DNA of 64,000 nucleotides from NCBI GenBank assembly GCA_026710795.1, contig JAPOQK010000037.1, forward strand, positions 37,514 to 101,513. Direction: 5' to 3'. The notes under the pieces are model-generated. The model searched no databases. It saw nothing but the letters and a program-made list of their open reading frames with translations, and was not told the origin of the DNA. This document shows positions 37,854-48,403 of the stretch, one piece after another (position 1 is the stretch's first letter; each line of letters begins with the position of its first letter). Both the position numbers and the translations under genes were made by a program. Source of the DNA: Candidatus Poribacteria bacterium (lineage in GTDB: Bacteria; Poribacteria; WGA-4E; WGA-3G).

Positions 37854-39551
37854 TTATGTATTTCTCCGCTGTACAAAGCCTCGTAGACCAACTAATATGC
37901 CTAACGAGAGTAAAGCCACTAACGGAGGATATATAAATCTTTTGGATGAAGGCACAGGTTCAAGGACGAAGGAGTACCAACTTGAGATTACCCGTTTTGT
38001 GTCAACATCACCGTTTGCACCATCCCAAACTGAGAATGCGATTGGTACAAATTCACCTGGTTCTATTTGTAAATCTTTTTTATCATCGGTTTTTAATGCA
38101 CGTTTAATCCATAACCTATATTGTCCATCCGTGTATTTACCTTCTGCCTGAAGGTCGCCTTGAACTTCTTGAACTTCAGCTTTTGTGATTCCTTTTGCTG
38201 TAAGTTCTGTCACAGTGTCAGCAGCAGAAGCTTTCCATTGCCATAGATAGACAGCCTTCTTGCCACCCCAGAGAAAATAAGGTTTTGGGGCAGTTGGATC
38301 TTCTGGGATTTTGACTGGAAATTGGATTGCAATTGCGTCTTCGAAGGTTTTGCCAAGATCTTCGTCTTCCATTTCCTCAGTATTATTTGTCCGGTCATCC
38401 CATATAAAAAGAAAGGCAACTTCAGTATCATTGTAAAATGATTTTACATTTACTGAATCAATGGTTGGATTAAATTGACGCGGTTCTACAACGATCTGTC
38501 CAACCAGTGGAAAGTAACTTGCTTCAAGAGTCTCCCAAGCAGCATCATCTATTGTTGGTAATGTGTCTACTGTATATTGTGATCGAAGTGCATTTTTTCC
38601 GATTGCTGGTTCTGGTCTTTTTTCTGGTGCCAGAGATTTGACATAATTGGCAATATGCCAACTTTTTTCTTGAAACACTTTCATTGCTTCAGCATGTAAT
38701 TGTTTCTGTTCTTCATCTGCTAAACCTTCTGTCATCATATCTAAGATGTCATAAGCGTTTCCCATTTTTTCATCAAGTGAGTTAAATTCTTCATCCTCGG
38801 CATCAGTCATTTCAACCTTATTCTCCAATTGACCGTATCGTTGTGCTTCTTCTACACTTAAGCCAAAAGATGCATCTTCAAACATTGGCATAGCGGATCC
38901 TGCAATACCACCAATGAAACGTTTGTAAATATCCTCTGTACTGCTACCGCCTCTGAAATTCCAACTTTGTGCCAAATTTGCTGGCCAACTCTTAAAACCC
39001 CATTCATCTTGCAGGGTTGGTGCAGATGTACCATCACCGCGCCCCACGTTTCCGTGGCATTCAAAACACGCAAATTGGGCATAAAAGAACTTGCCTATTT
39101 CAACACTCTCTTCAGAATAAGGTATTTTACCTTCTAAACTAATTTCTATAGGAGGAGATTCATTCTCCTTAAAGCCTTCATAGAAGGTTTTGATATATGC
39201 CACAACTTCCCAACGTTCATCAGCACTTAGTGCAGATTCCCATTCTGGCATTGATGATCCGGGCATTCCTTTGGAAATGATGTCAAATAAATCTTTATCT
39301 GTAGGTAGTTCACCACCCGCTGTTGAACGAATTTTATATATTCCGCCAGTAAAATCTCTTGGTTGGGGTAGAAGGTTCTTTGCTGCACTGCCATCCCCGC
39401 GTCCTTCAACACCATGACAATGTGCGCAACTTTCCTCATACACCTCTTTTCCTTTTTCAGAGACTTCTGGCGCGTCTTGGGCATAAACCATGATATTAAC
39501 AGAGAATATGCTAAAGATAATGAAGGACAAGACATAAATTGATTTTCTCAT
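37854..39551 (-). CDS. Diheme c-type cytochrome with a large extra domain and C-terminal anchor
   Basis: It has a signal peptide, CAHCHG and CFECHG, and a C-terminal hydrophobic segment. Confidence 0.7.
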   Translation of the reverse strand: MRKSIYVLSFIIFSIFSVNIMVYAQDAPEVSEKGKEVYEESCAHCHGVEGRGDGSAAKNLLPQPRDFTGGIYKIRSTAGGELPTDKDLFDIISKGMPGSSMPEWESALSADERWEVVAYIKTFYEGFKENESPPIEISLEGKIPYSEESVEIGKFFYAQFACFECHGNVGRGDGTSAPTLQDEWGFKSWPANLAQSWNFRGGSSTEDIYKRFIGGIAGSAMPMFEDASFGLSVEEAQRYGQLENKVEMTDAEDEEFNSLDEKMGNAYDILDMMTEGLADEEQKQLHAEAMKVFQEKSWHIANYVKSLAPEKRPEPAIGKNALRSQYTVDTLPTIDDAAWETLEASYFPLVGQIVVEPRQFNPTIDSVNVKSFYNDTEVAFLFIWDDRTNNTEEMEDEDLGKTFEDAIAIQFPVKIPEDPTAPKPYFLWGGKKAVYLWQWKASAADTVTELTAKGITKAEVQEVQGDLQAEGKYTDGQYRLWIKRALKTDDKKDLQIEPGEFVPIAFSVWDGANGDVDTKRVISSWYSFVLEPVPSSKRFIYPPLVALLSLGILVGLRGFVQRRNT

Positions 39552-39553
39552 GA

Positions 39554-40315
39554 TTAATGTCCCACCTCACGGTATGAATAACCGGTATATTCGGATAAAA
39601 ATAGTATTACATCCCATATTTCATCTTTTTCAAGGTGGTCTTCCCAAATAGGCATTGCTGAATTCCACGGTGTGCCTTCTTTGGGCAATCCTGGTCCACC
39701 TTTACTAATTCGCCAAAAGAAGAAAGATTCTTGGAAATTTGGGATAATCCCTGGATCCTGAAAATTAGCCGGTAATGGATTTAACGCGTTAGCAAAATGT
39801 CCTTGTCCATCAAGATGATCTCCATGACAATAGAAGCAGTTATCATAATATACCTTTCTACCATTTTCAACGTGAGATTTGAATTCTTCTGGATCGTCTT
39901 TTTTCAAGTGCCGATAAGGATTTTCAGTATTTTCAAGGACTTCATCCTTGTATGTTAATTCTAAAGGTGGTGACGGATGTGCATCCCGTGGATCTCCTGG
40001 AGGACTTGCTTTTTGTGCTATATTTGTATAGGTATATCCTAAAACAAATAGAGGGATCAACACCACTAAAACTATCCTTCGTACTCTTTTATTTTCATCA
40101 ACAAGCGTTTCAATAATTGGACGGAGGAATTCACTTAATCTTGAGTCCTCAACAGATATGTGAACCAAGATGGCAATGAGAATTAATGCCATATACATTA
40201 CAATGACACTATTCGGTATAGGAACAGAGATTACACTCCCAACGATAAACCTTAAGAAGATCCAACATGCGATAAAGATTACAAGACATATTGTGAAAAG
40301 TGATGGTTTTCTCAT
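39554..40315 (-). CDS. Membrane-anchored monoheme cytochrome c
   Basis: It has two N-terminal helices and CFYCHGDH. Confidence 0.7.
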   Translation of the reverse strand: MRKPSLFTICLVIFIACWIFLRFIVGSVISVPIPNSVIVMYMALILIAILVHISVEDSRLSEFLRPIIETLVDENKRVRRIVLVVLIPLFVLGYTYTNIAQKASPPGDPRDAHPSPPLELTYKDEVLENTENPYRHLKKDDPEEFKSHVENGRKVYYDNCFYCHGDHLDGQGHFANALNPLPANFQDPGIIPNFQESFFFWRISKGGPGLPKEGTPWNSAMPIWEDHLEKDEIWDVILFLSEYTGYSYREVGH

Positions 40316-40358
40316 GGTCTACCTCCTTTACGATTGAACAATACTGAGATATAATGGA

Positions 40359-41888
40359 TTATTCAGGTGTTACTTCAGATGAATTATCTGTATTAATATC
40401 ACTTGCTTCTTCTGTTGTAACACCAGTTAAAGTACTTAAATATGCAAGAAGGTTTGCCATATCAACCACAGATAAATCATTGGGAAAGTTTGTTGGCATT
40501 GGTGATGTATCATGCAACTTTTTACCTGAAGCAACCATTATTATTGCTTCTTCAATATCAAACGGATCAAAACTTTCTTCACTTCCATCAACCATCAAAA
40601 CGATTTCGTCATCATCCATAGTACCTGACATATATTCACCAACGGTCTGTACGCCGTCAAAATCAGTAAGTGTCATCATCTTTTTCACATCAATCTTTGA
40701 TACGATGATTGTTTCCTCCCCAACCTTGAGTGTAACTGTGTCAACACTTTCCTCAACAATATCACCACTTATGGGAGAGTCAGAATCCATCGGTGTGATT
40801 GTTAGCGTGAAATATCCATTATCAATTAGATTTACAATGTCCTCTTCATCGATTGGTTCCTCATCAAAATCACTAAAGAGGATAGTGTGTTCCTGTTCAG
40901 TACCGTCTGCAGCTTTTGTTCGGACTATAACCTTATCAGTATCCTCCGATACAAGTGTTCCTTCATAGGTTATACCATTTGCTTTCACCTTGACTGTTCC
41001 ATAACCCGCGACAATTAATGCGTTAGGTAATAGTATTGACTCTTCAATATAACGCATACTGTTTAGTGCTGCAATGTCTGTTAATTCTGGTGCGGTAACA
41101 ACTTCAAAGTCTTCATTTACCTCACCTGCCTTTGGATTTTCAAGACCTTGCACAACATGACATGAAATACATGCAGCATCTATAAATACCTGTTTTCCTT
41201 TTTCAATATCTCCAGGAAGTAACGGTTCAAGTGCTTCAGCAGTTGTTCCCACATCCGCTCTATCTATCGGTTCGTCAAACGGTTCTGGATCAATTTCACC
41301 ACCTTGACTTTGTAGAAATGCTATGACTGCTTGAATCTCAACCTTAGAGAGTGCAATTGGATTTTTCCATATCTCTGGCATGATACTACCATATCCAGGG
41401 ACCAAATACTTACTCGGTTCATATAGAGATTCAATAAGGTATTGTTTTGCATTTAAACCGGGTTGTCTGGTCGCTGCGAGTACACCGATGTCTGTCAAAT
41501 CTGGACATCGTCCCTTTGGTGCTGAAGTGTCTAAGGTGTGGCAAGCACTACACTGTCCTTTGGTGTTAAAGATGCTTTCACCGATTTCAATTACTGCATC
41601 TGGGTCACTCCAATCTAATTCGGTTACTGTTCCAGTTCCAGTAGCTGTGCTTGGAACCCAAGCAGCTATAAGCGCAAAAAACCAGATAATAGACAAAGCA
41701 AATGTCAACAGTTTCATGACAATTCCCCATACAACCATATTTATCAGAACAGCAATAAGAAACCAGACAGACCAAGGCAGCAAATTTTCAGATCCAATTG
41801 GAAATGCTGGAGCCTTCGCAATAAATGCTATAAAACTCACTACCATTAATATTAGACCTGCGATTTTTATGATTGTATTTTTAGACAT
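40359..41888 (-). CDS. Membrane-anchored diheme cytochrome c with an acidic linker
   Basis: It has four N-terminal helices, CSACHT and CISCHV, and D/E-rich segments. Confidence 0.7.
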   Translation of the reverse strand: MSKNTIIKIAGLILMVVSFIAFIAKAPAFPIGSENLLPWSVWFLIAVLINMVVWGIVMKLLTFALSIIWFFALIAAWVPSTATGTGTVTELDWSDPDAVIEIGESIFNTKGQCSACHTLDTSAPKGRCPDLTDIGVLAATRQPGLNAKQYLIESLYEPSKYLVPGYGSIMPEIWKNPIALSKVEIQAVIAFLQSQGGEIDPEPFDEPIDRADVGTTAEALEPLLPGDIEKGKQVFIDAACISCHVVQGLENPKAGEVNEDFEVVTAPELTDIAALNSMRYIEESILLPNALIVAGYGTVKVKANGITYEGTLVSEDTDKVIVRTKAADGTEQEHTILFSDFDEEPIDEEDIVNLIDNGYFTLTITPMDSDSPISGDIVEESVDTVTLKVGEETIIVSKIDVKKMMTLTDFDGVQTVGEYMSGTMDDDEIVLMVDGSEESFDPFDIEEAIIMVASGKKLHDTSPMPTNFPNDLSVVDMANLLAYLSTLTGVTTEEASDINTDNSSEVTPE

Positions 41889-41914
41889 TTTTCTGTCCTC
41901 TAACTTGTCGTTTG

Positions 41915-43846
41915 TTAGTCATCACTTTCTACAGCCACTTCTGCTTCAATTGGTACTGCAACTTGCTTTTTCTTATCTCCCCAAAGTCCGAGCCAGAATA
42001 TAAATCCTACAAGAGCAAAGAATATAACCATAATGATTGAAACCATATTCACAGCACTGCTAAGTGACGGTGTAAATGCATCTACAGAGGTATCTTTCAT
42101 TACACCAAAGATATGCCATCCCTCGCGTAGGCCTGAACGTGCATATCCCATCAAACCCATCAGTGATGTAAATGTAATAGCGAGTAGTATTAGAACGTAC
42201 TGAGAACGATCTGACATCTGCCCCCAATTGATCGTTCCTGACATAGTGGCTTTTCGATACATGATTATATCAAGGACTGTTACGACAACCATTACACCGA
42301 GTGCTACTAAGACTTGCCACGGGGTCAGTACATTTACGCGTACATTAGTTTCGACTGTAAACCCAACAATACCGATAACTACGATTATAACCACACCTAA
42401 AAAGAAAATAGCTGAAATAAGGATATTTCCCACACCTTTCCAACCTACAATAGGTGTTTTGCCTGATCGTCTATAAAAGAGAAAACTTAGAAAGGTGGTT
42501 AAAATAACGATATTTACAACAGTATTTTTTGCTGTCATCAACCCGAAAAAGCCGAGATGTGGATGGTTTGCACCTCCCATCGCACTAAGCTCTGTTGCGG
42601 ATGATATTTTGGATAACGAACGTGGGGTCATCCAAATTGCTACACAGATAACAATTACTGTAATCATATAAGGACGAAACCGTGCATATATCTCCGCACC
42701 TTTAATACGTCCCATACCAGACCAAAGATAGTAGTTTGCTCCAATAAACAGCACCCCAATCATCACAGCTTGTAGGATAAATAACCACGAGAAGAGACTC
42801 CCCATCATGTTAATGCCCATCGTGTTATTGAAATCGTAGATTTCTTTACCTAACCAATAACCTGCAAATGGCAAAGGGATCAATCCGATCAATGCGATGA
42901 AATTTCCATTGTAACCCATCCAATCGTAATGTGCTTTATCCTCTTTGGATTTTGCCACGAGAAATCGAAATGCAGCATAGGCTGCTACAATAGATCCACC
43001 AAAAGCGATGTTGCCGATGAGTCGGTGTATATTGACTGGCATCCAGGTGAAGTTGTTTATGGCATCCCACACCGTACCCAAAAATTCACCTGTAGTTTCG
43101 TCATGGAGCGAGATTACAGTTGCATCAACCTTTGCTGCGGCTTCGGCTGCAGTTAACTCAGGATCCTGGGCTAACATCTCAGCCACCATCTGTTCCTTAT
43201 TAAAATCTGGTAAGTTTTCCTTGGTAGAATCTGATAACTTCTTGAACTGTGTTGCGGGACTCGTCTGATAAGTAAGCCAAGTGTTTGACACAAACATAAT
43301 CGCTGTGCCCCAGATGTTTAAGAGCACACCGAGGAAAAGGTGTACCCATTTAAACCTACCCTTCATCTTATCCCAACCGTAGTAATAGATGTAGAGTGTA
43401 AAGGTTTCACCGAAGAACAGTATGACGTAAAAAATCATCGTAGGACCGAAGATTCCGCTTAGCTTGCTCAATACTTTGGGGTAGCACCATACTAAAACAA
43501 AGACGAGAACACCACCAAGTAAGGCAGTTGTTGAAAATGCTCCCATACAGAGTTTGATGAACTCATATGCCATTCGGTCATACCGTTCTTCCTTGGTTTT
43601 CCAACCGATGAATTCAATGATAACAGCAAACATCGGCACACCGAGGATAAATGAACCAAACAACAGATGAAGTTGTGCAGCTATCCAGGCAGCATTGCGG
43701 CTTCCTATAAGAGGAAACGGACGGTATTCCTCATCAGTCATGTCTTGTGCGAATGCAGGTACTACTGCAAATAAGACAAAACCCAGCATCACAAGTGCTA
43801 ATATGAGATATATTCTCTTTAATGTATGAGAAGAACAACAACGCAT
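41915..43846 (-). CDS. Cytochrome bd-like protein (CydA superfamily), no adjacent CydB
   Basis: It aligns by eye with E. coli CydA at the heme b558 region (AAQLHLLFGSFILGVPMFAVIIEF vs AMYHFLFVPLTLGMAFLLAIMET) and at GETFTLYIYYYGWDKMKG...FVSNTWLTYQ vs ESTFVGLFFFGWDRLGK...LVANGWMQNP. At 643 aa it has extra C-terminal helices. Confidence 0.75.
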   Translation of the reverse strand: MRCCSSHTLKRIYLILALVMLGFVLFAVVPAFAQDMTDEEYRPFPLIGSRNAAWIAAQLHLLFGSFILGVPMFAVIIEFIGWKTKEERYDRMAYEFIKLCMGAFSTTALLGGVLVFVLVWCYPKVLSKLSGIFGPTMIFYVILFFGETFTLYIYYYGWDKMKGRFKWVHLFLGVLLNIWGTAIMFVSNTWLTYQTSPATQFKKLSDSTKENLPDFNKEQMVAEMLAQDPELTAAEAAAKVDATVISLHDETTGEFLGTVWDAINNFTWMPVNIHRLIGNIAFGGSIVAAYAAFRFLVAKSKEDKAHYDWMGYNGNFIALIGLIPLPFAGYWLGKEIYDFNNTMGINMMGSLFSWLFILQAVMIGVLFIGANYYLWSGMGRIKGAEIYARFRPYMITVIVICVAIWMTPRSLSKISSATELSAMGGANHPHLGFFGLMTAKNTVVNIVILTTFLSFLFYRRSGKTPIVGWKGVGNILISAIFFLGVVIIVVIGIVGFTVETNVRVNVLTPWQVLVALGVMVVVTVLDIIMYRKATMSGTINWGQMSDRSQYVLILLAITFTSLMGLMGYARSGLREGWHIFGVMKDTSVDAFTPSLSSAVNMVSIIMVIFFALVGFIFWLGLWGDKKKQVAVPIEAEVAVESDD

Positions 43847-43916
43847 ATCTTTTTCTCACTTATTAGGAACATCTTCAACAGAAAACATACTTTATATAAA
43901 TACAGTATAGAAAAAT

Positions 43917-44684
43917 CTACTTTTTCTTTGGTTTCTTGAAATCAGTGCTTTTGAAGTCAACTGAAATATCTCCAGTTGCTGGTACTTCAACTGTTGTGTT
44001 AGCAGAACCAAGGTCTTCATGCCATGCAATCACACGTGCTCTACCTGCCGGAACATCTTTTATGGTATATTTACCTGCATCTGATGATTTTTCATAATCA
44101 TCTGGACTAATATAGTTGTCCTTCTCATCCTTTTGACCGGTTACAGTATAATAGTTGCTATCAACAGCAACGATATAGCCAGACATCCATGCATGAATAT
44201 CACAAGTCAACTTGATTGCTTCTGCTTTGGTAATTGTATATGGGTAGGTTTTGCCTTTCGATGCAATCTGCACATTTGGAGCTTCATTTTTCTCTGCATG
44301 TGAGTGAACATTGTGTGCTACTGGATCACTGGAAGTGACAGTAACTGTCACACCGACTGGAACAACAAGAACATGAGGAAGATACCGACATCCCACCTGA
44401 TCAACTTTTGGATTTTCTTTTGGCATCTTTAGTTCTTCTCTTGCACGAGTGCGCACGGAAATCACTACATTCTGAATACCTTTTCCTTTTGACACTACAA
44501 GTGCTTCTGATTTGGCACCTTCTGTAGCAGTAATGCAGTGTTGTTCCTGTGTATTGATTGTAAGTGCAGCACGAGCAGGGACATCACCTTCATAGGTGAC
44601 TGTACCTGTGATGTTTCCTGCGAAGGCAATACTTGTCATCGTAAATAAAATAAGTAAAGCAAGTATGGTCTTTAGACTTTTCAT
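43917..44684 (-). CDS. Secreted cupredoxin-like protein (paralog) with a CarboxypepD_reg-like domain
   Basis: It has a signal peptide, AHNVHS ... CDIHAWM, and a GKYTIKDVPAGRARV beta-sandwich. Confidence 0.55.
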   Translation of the reverse strand: MKSLKTILALLILFTMTSIAFAGNITGTVTYEGDVPARAALTINTQEQHCITATEGAKSEALVVSKGKGIQNVVISVRTRAREELKMPKENPKVDQVGCRYLPHVLVVPVGVTVTVTSSDPVAHNVHSHAEKNEAPNVQIASKGKTYPYTITKAEAIKLTCDIHAWMSGYIVAVDSNYYTVTGQKDEKDNYISPDDYEKSSDAGKYTIKDVPAGRARVIAWHEDLGSANTTVEVPATGDISVDFKSTDFKKPKKK

Positions 44685-44762
44685 CGTTTTTCTCCTTAAA
44701 ATAAATCTTTTTATTATATTAACACTTTAAGTTTTGAAATGGCAAACCCTAAAAAACAAACA

Positions 44763-44778
44763 TCACGGATATCCGTGT
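44763..44778. promoter_or_regulatory. Palindromic site TCACGGATATCCGTGT (15 of 16 symmetric), about 80 bp upstream of the cupredoxin gene
   Basis: It shares the 14 bp perfect palindrome CACGGATATCCGTG with the site at 50801..50816. Confidence 0.5.
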
Positions 44779-44782
44779 CTGT

Positions 44783-45139
44783 TTAAGGTCGGAAGGTTTT
44801 CTTTATATAACCGAGAAGTTCCTGTTGTTCTTTTGGATTGAGGTAATAGTGAAACGCAGGCATATCGTTCTTGCCACCACTTATGCTTTTAAGAAGCTGT
44901 GTATCGTCGTGCGTAATCCACAAATCACTATCAGTCAGATCTGCAGGATCTAATTTTTTGAAACGACCAATACGTCCATTCCCTTCACCACTGTTTCCAT
45001 GACATCCGGCACAGTATCTGGCATATTTGTATTCAACATCTGCCTGATATTTTGTGCGTGGGTCAATCTGTTTGCATAACCATATAAATCCGTTTATCCA
45101 AACAAATATCATGACGATTATAATCAGTAGATGTTTCAT
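44783..45139 (-). CDS. Membrane-anchored monoheme cytochrome c
   Basis: It has one N-terminal helix and CAGCHG. Confidence 0.7.
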   Translation of the reverse strand: MKHLLIIIVMIFVWINGFIWLCKQIDPRTKYQADVEYKYARYCAGCHGNSGEGNGRIGRFKKLDPADLTDSDLWITHDDTQLLKSISGGKNDMPAFHYYLNPKEQQELLGYIKKTFRP

Positions 45140-45185
45140 ACAAAACGGATACCCTGTGTAGTGATGAATGGAATCCGTTGCTACA

Positions 45186-48100
45186 CTAACGTCCTAAAGA
45201 GATTAAGTAATCACGAACTAACCTAATCTGTTTTTCTGCGTCATCATCCGCATAACCTTCAACTGGCATGTGTTGTCCCCCGACGAGTGGCCACGCCTGT
45301 GGCATCGCGGTACCGCGTTGGAATTGCTGTGGATTTTTCATCCAATCAATTAACCAATCCGCTTTAAGCCGCTGCTTCGCCAAGGATAAATCAGGTCTAC
45401 CCGCCTTGTCGCTACCTGCAGGTATTACTTCACCTTGTGAAGGATGACATGAATCGCATTTTAGTTCGTCAAAAATCTGTTTACCAGTTCGTAATTCTGC
45501 CTGAGTAGATGTAGGAAGTTCAATGGTCTCATAAGGGAAGGGTTCATTGTCTAAGGCAGAGAAGTATTTGATAAGTGTGGTTGCATCTTGATCCGACATA
45601 TCAAATGTTGGCATCCGCACTTTAAGTCCATATCGTATCTCCGAAGGATTCTTGAGGAAATCAAACAACCAATTAGGATAAACTCTTGCACCTTGCGCTT
45701 GCAGTGGTGGTGGTGATAGTTGCTTGGTAGTAATTGGATCTAAACCTTCGTGAGCAGTAATTACATTGCTATAGTCTCCACCTTCTCCCTCAATTACGTG
45801 GCATCCCGTACAGTTGTATCTTTTGACGACCCGTCTGCCAGCATCAATCTGGTTCTTTCTCTCAACACGATGAGATTCAACTGCATGATCATATATATAA
45901 TTTAATGGGTATGGTTGAGGTTGGAAACTCTTCAATAACACAGCGATAGACTTTGCTTCGTCATGATCAATCTGGAACACAGGCATACGTGAAACAATGC
46001 GGCGCGTTTGATAACGACGTGGGTCTGTGATTTTGCCAATAGTCCAACCGTGCCAACTATGTTCAACATCTTCCTCTAAAGTATCTCCAAAGTCAAGTTC
46101 GTCTGACAATTTTGCGCCAAATTCTCCAAGATCAGCACCTACCTTGGATTCATTCTCAAACCCTGGTATTTCGTGACAACCGAAACAACCATAAGTCCTA
46201 ACAAGTTTTTCACCTTCCTGCTTATCCTCTTCACCAATTGAATCAGAAATTGGTGATGGAGTTTGCTTCTGTAAACTCATTAAATATGCAACTACATTGT
46301 CAAGTTCACTATTGCTCAAACGCAAACTTGGCATTGAGGTGTCAGGATCATAATCTCTCGGATTTTCAATCCAACTCCGTAGATAACTCGGTTTGACCTT
46401 TGTACCTACACTGTCCAGAGCTGGCGCAAAATCGCTCCCTAAACCATCAACAGCATGGCATGATAGACATCCCACCGTTTTTACTGTCTCTTCACCTGCA
46501 CTTATATCACTTTCAGATTTCGAATATGTCCCTTGTGAAGCATCTATGGACTGATCGGTAAAATCTTTCAGATAGGCGGTAATAGATTTCACTTCATCAA
46601 CTATACGTAAAACATCATCTTTGGCATAAGGATATGTTGTTCCATCATCTGTTTTCAGAAGATAACCATTATCCGTTTCAGTGACAATACCAGTACGTTG
46701 TCCACCATTTTTGAAGTAGACAAGTTGGGTCATGCCATCTACTGGGAAGAAGTTAGGCATTGTCGTTTCCGGTAAATATGCTTCCGGTTTTTTAATCCAT
46801 TTTTCAAGCCAATCACCATCTTGCACTTTGCTGCCAATTTTGCTAAGCGATGGTCCAACCTTCTGAATTTTATCAATTGAACTATATCCTTCTACAGCAT
46901 GACACCCATGACATCCGAGATCTTCAAAAAGATCCATCCCTTTGGTTAGATTGGGTGCATAATCCACTGGCGCGTTTGTTTCAGAATTAACCCCGAAATC
47001 TAACTTCATTACACCATCATGACACCGTCGACAATTGGATTCCATGTATCCTTCTAATTCGTCCGATTTTCTTCCAGTGTGTTCATCTAATCCCAAGACA
47101 GGCGTTAACCAATATTCTGAATGTGTTAGTGCGTGTGCGGCTTTTGCGGTTAATCCGTGTCCTTGTCCACCGTGGCATGGTGTACAACCAAATTTTTCTA
47201 CTGGATGTTTCGCAAGAAGGACATCACGATGTGGGTGTGTCTGAAGGACTGAACGATAACCAGTCTCATAAGAAATTTCTACCTCACCAAATACATCCGG
47301 GTCAGTAAAGGTTAGGACACCATCCTCAGACAATTCATATTCATCAGCTTCTGCATCAAAACCATCAATTACTATTGTTTCATTACCGGGTTTTACCTTC
47401 GGGTGTTTGAGTTGGTGTTTGACAAGGTCTTCACCGTCACCTTCTATTTCAAATGTTTCTTCGGCATCGGGACCATAGCCACTTCTATCGACAGAGAAAT
47501 GACATGTTGCACACCGATCCGCGGTATAATCAAACTCTTCAAGATAATACTGTACGATTGTTCTGGTTTCTCGAAATGGATTTTCAAGAAGACTACCGAG
47601 GAAGGTACGTTTGATTCCACCTACATCTGCTAACTTCTCTTCAAGACGTGTGATTGCTTCAAGTTGTGCTTTATTCGCTTCGAGCGTGACAAGAGATTCT
47701 TGGGCAGTTGTTATTGCATTTGCAATTGTATCATCTGTAGGTTTATATTTTTGAGATATAAGATAGGTAGAAAGGGCATTAGTGGGATCACCACTGTTCT
47801 GGTAAAAATCGGCAAGGGTTTTGTTCGCATCAGCATATTCAACTTGTGCTGTTAGAACATTGGTAGTTAATTCACCTTCAATTCTTTTTTCGTATTCGTC
47901 TAATTTCTCTTTCCACTTTTCAACAGTATCATTATGCGTACCATGGGCTTCATGAAGGCTATGTTGGTATTTATAATTAATAGCATCTGATTTGCTTTGC
48001 TCAAACTTGCGTTCTTGCATTGCCTCATCCAATGCTACCTTTTTCGTTTCAACGATTTTCTCCAAATTTCCTAACTCTTTTGTATCTATCTGAGGTGCGG

Positions 48101-48338
48101 AGGGTTTTTCAGGTGGGTTCTGCTTTGCATGCTCCAATTCTGCCTTTGTCTTATCATATTCATATTGGTAAAACTGCTGCTGGATTTCCTTCCAAGGACG
48201 ACGCGTAATCATCTCATCCCAGAAACCCCATATCGTCACCAACCCTAATAGAGCTGATAATATAAAGAACAAAGCAGAATAAGATTTATTTTCTGCGGGA
48301 ATCTCTTTTTTGCTCCTCACGAAATGTATAACCTCCAA
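45186..48338 (-). CDS. Octaheme c-type cytochrome (bc-complex-associated), N-terminal anchor plus coiled coil
   Basis: It has eight CxxCH motifs (CATCHF, CTPCHG, CRRCHD, CHGCHA, CLSCHA, CFGCHE, CTGCHV, CDSCHP) across 1050 aa. Confidence 0.8.
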   Translation of the reverse strand: MEVIHFVRSKKEIPAENKSYSALFFILSALLGLVTIWGFWDEMITRRPWKEIQQQFYQYEYDKTKAELEHAKQNPPEKPSAPQIDTKELGNLEKIVETKKVALDEAMQERKFEQSKSDAINYKYQHSLHEAHGTHNDTVEKWKEKLDEYEKRIEGELTTNVLTAQVEYADANKTLADFYQNSGDPTNALSTYLISQKYKPTDDTIANAITTAQESLVTLEANKAQLEAITRLEEKLADVGGIKRTFLGSLLENPFRETRTIVQYYLEEFDYTADRCATCHFSVDRSGYGPDAEETFEIEGDGEDLVKHQLKHPKVKPGNETIVIDGFDAEADEYELSEDGVLTFTDPDVFGEVEISYETGYRSVLQTHPHRDVLLAKHPVEKFGCTPCHGGQGHGLTAKAAHALTHSEYWLTPVLGLDEHTGRKSDELEGYMESNCRRCHDGVMKLDFGVNSETNAPVDYAPNLTKGMDLFEDLGCHGCHAVEGYSSIDKIQKVGPSLSKIGSKVQDGDWLEKWIKKPEAYLPETTMPNFFPVDGMTQLVYFKNGGQRTGIVTETDNGYLLKTDDGTTYPYAKDDVLRIVDEVKSITAYLKDFTDQSIDASQGTYSKSESDISAGEETVKTVGCLSCHAVDGLGSDFAPALDSVGTKVKPSYLRSWIENPRDYDPDTSMPSLRLSNSELDNVVAYLMSLQKQTPSPISDSIGEEDKQEGEKLVRTYGCFGCHEIPGFENESKVGADLGEFGAKLSDELDFGDTLEEDVEHSWHGWTIGKITDPRRYQTRRIVSRMPVFQIDHDEAKSIAVLLKSFQPQPYPLNYIYDHAVESHRVERKNQIDAGRRVVKRYNCTGCHVIEGEGGDYSNVITAHEGLDPITTKQLSPPPLQAQGARVYPNWLFDFLKNPSEIRYGLKVRMPTFDMSDQDATTLIKYFSALDNEPFPYETIELPTSTQAELRTGKQIFDELKCDSCHPSQGEVIPAGSDKAGRPDLSLAKQRLKADWLIDWMKNPQQFQRGTAMPQAWPLVGGQHMPVEGYADDDAEKQIRLVRDYLISLGR

Positions 48339-48403
48339 GTCATTCGATAATAAGAGAACACATTTACAATAAACCGTTTTTGTCTAAAAAGAAGTCATAG
48401 AAA

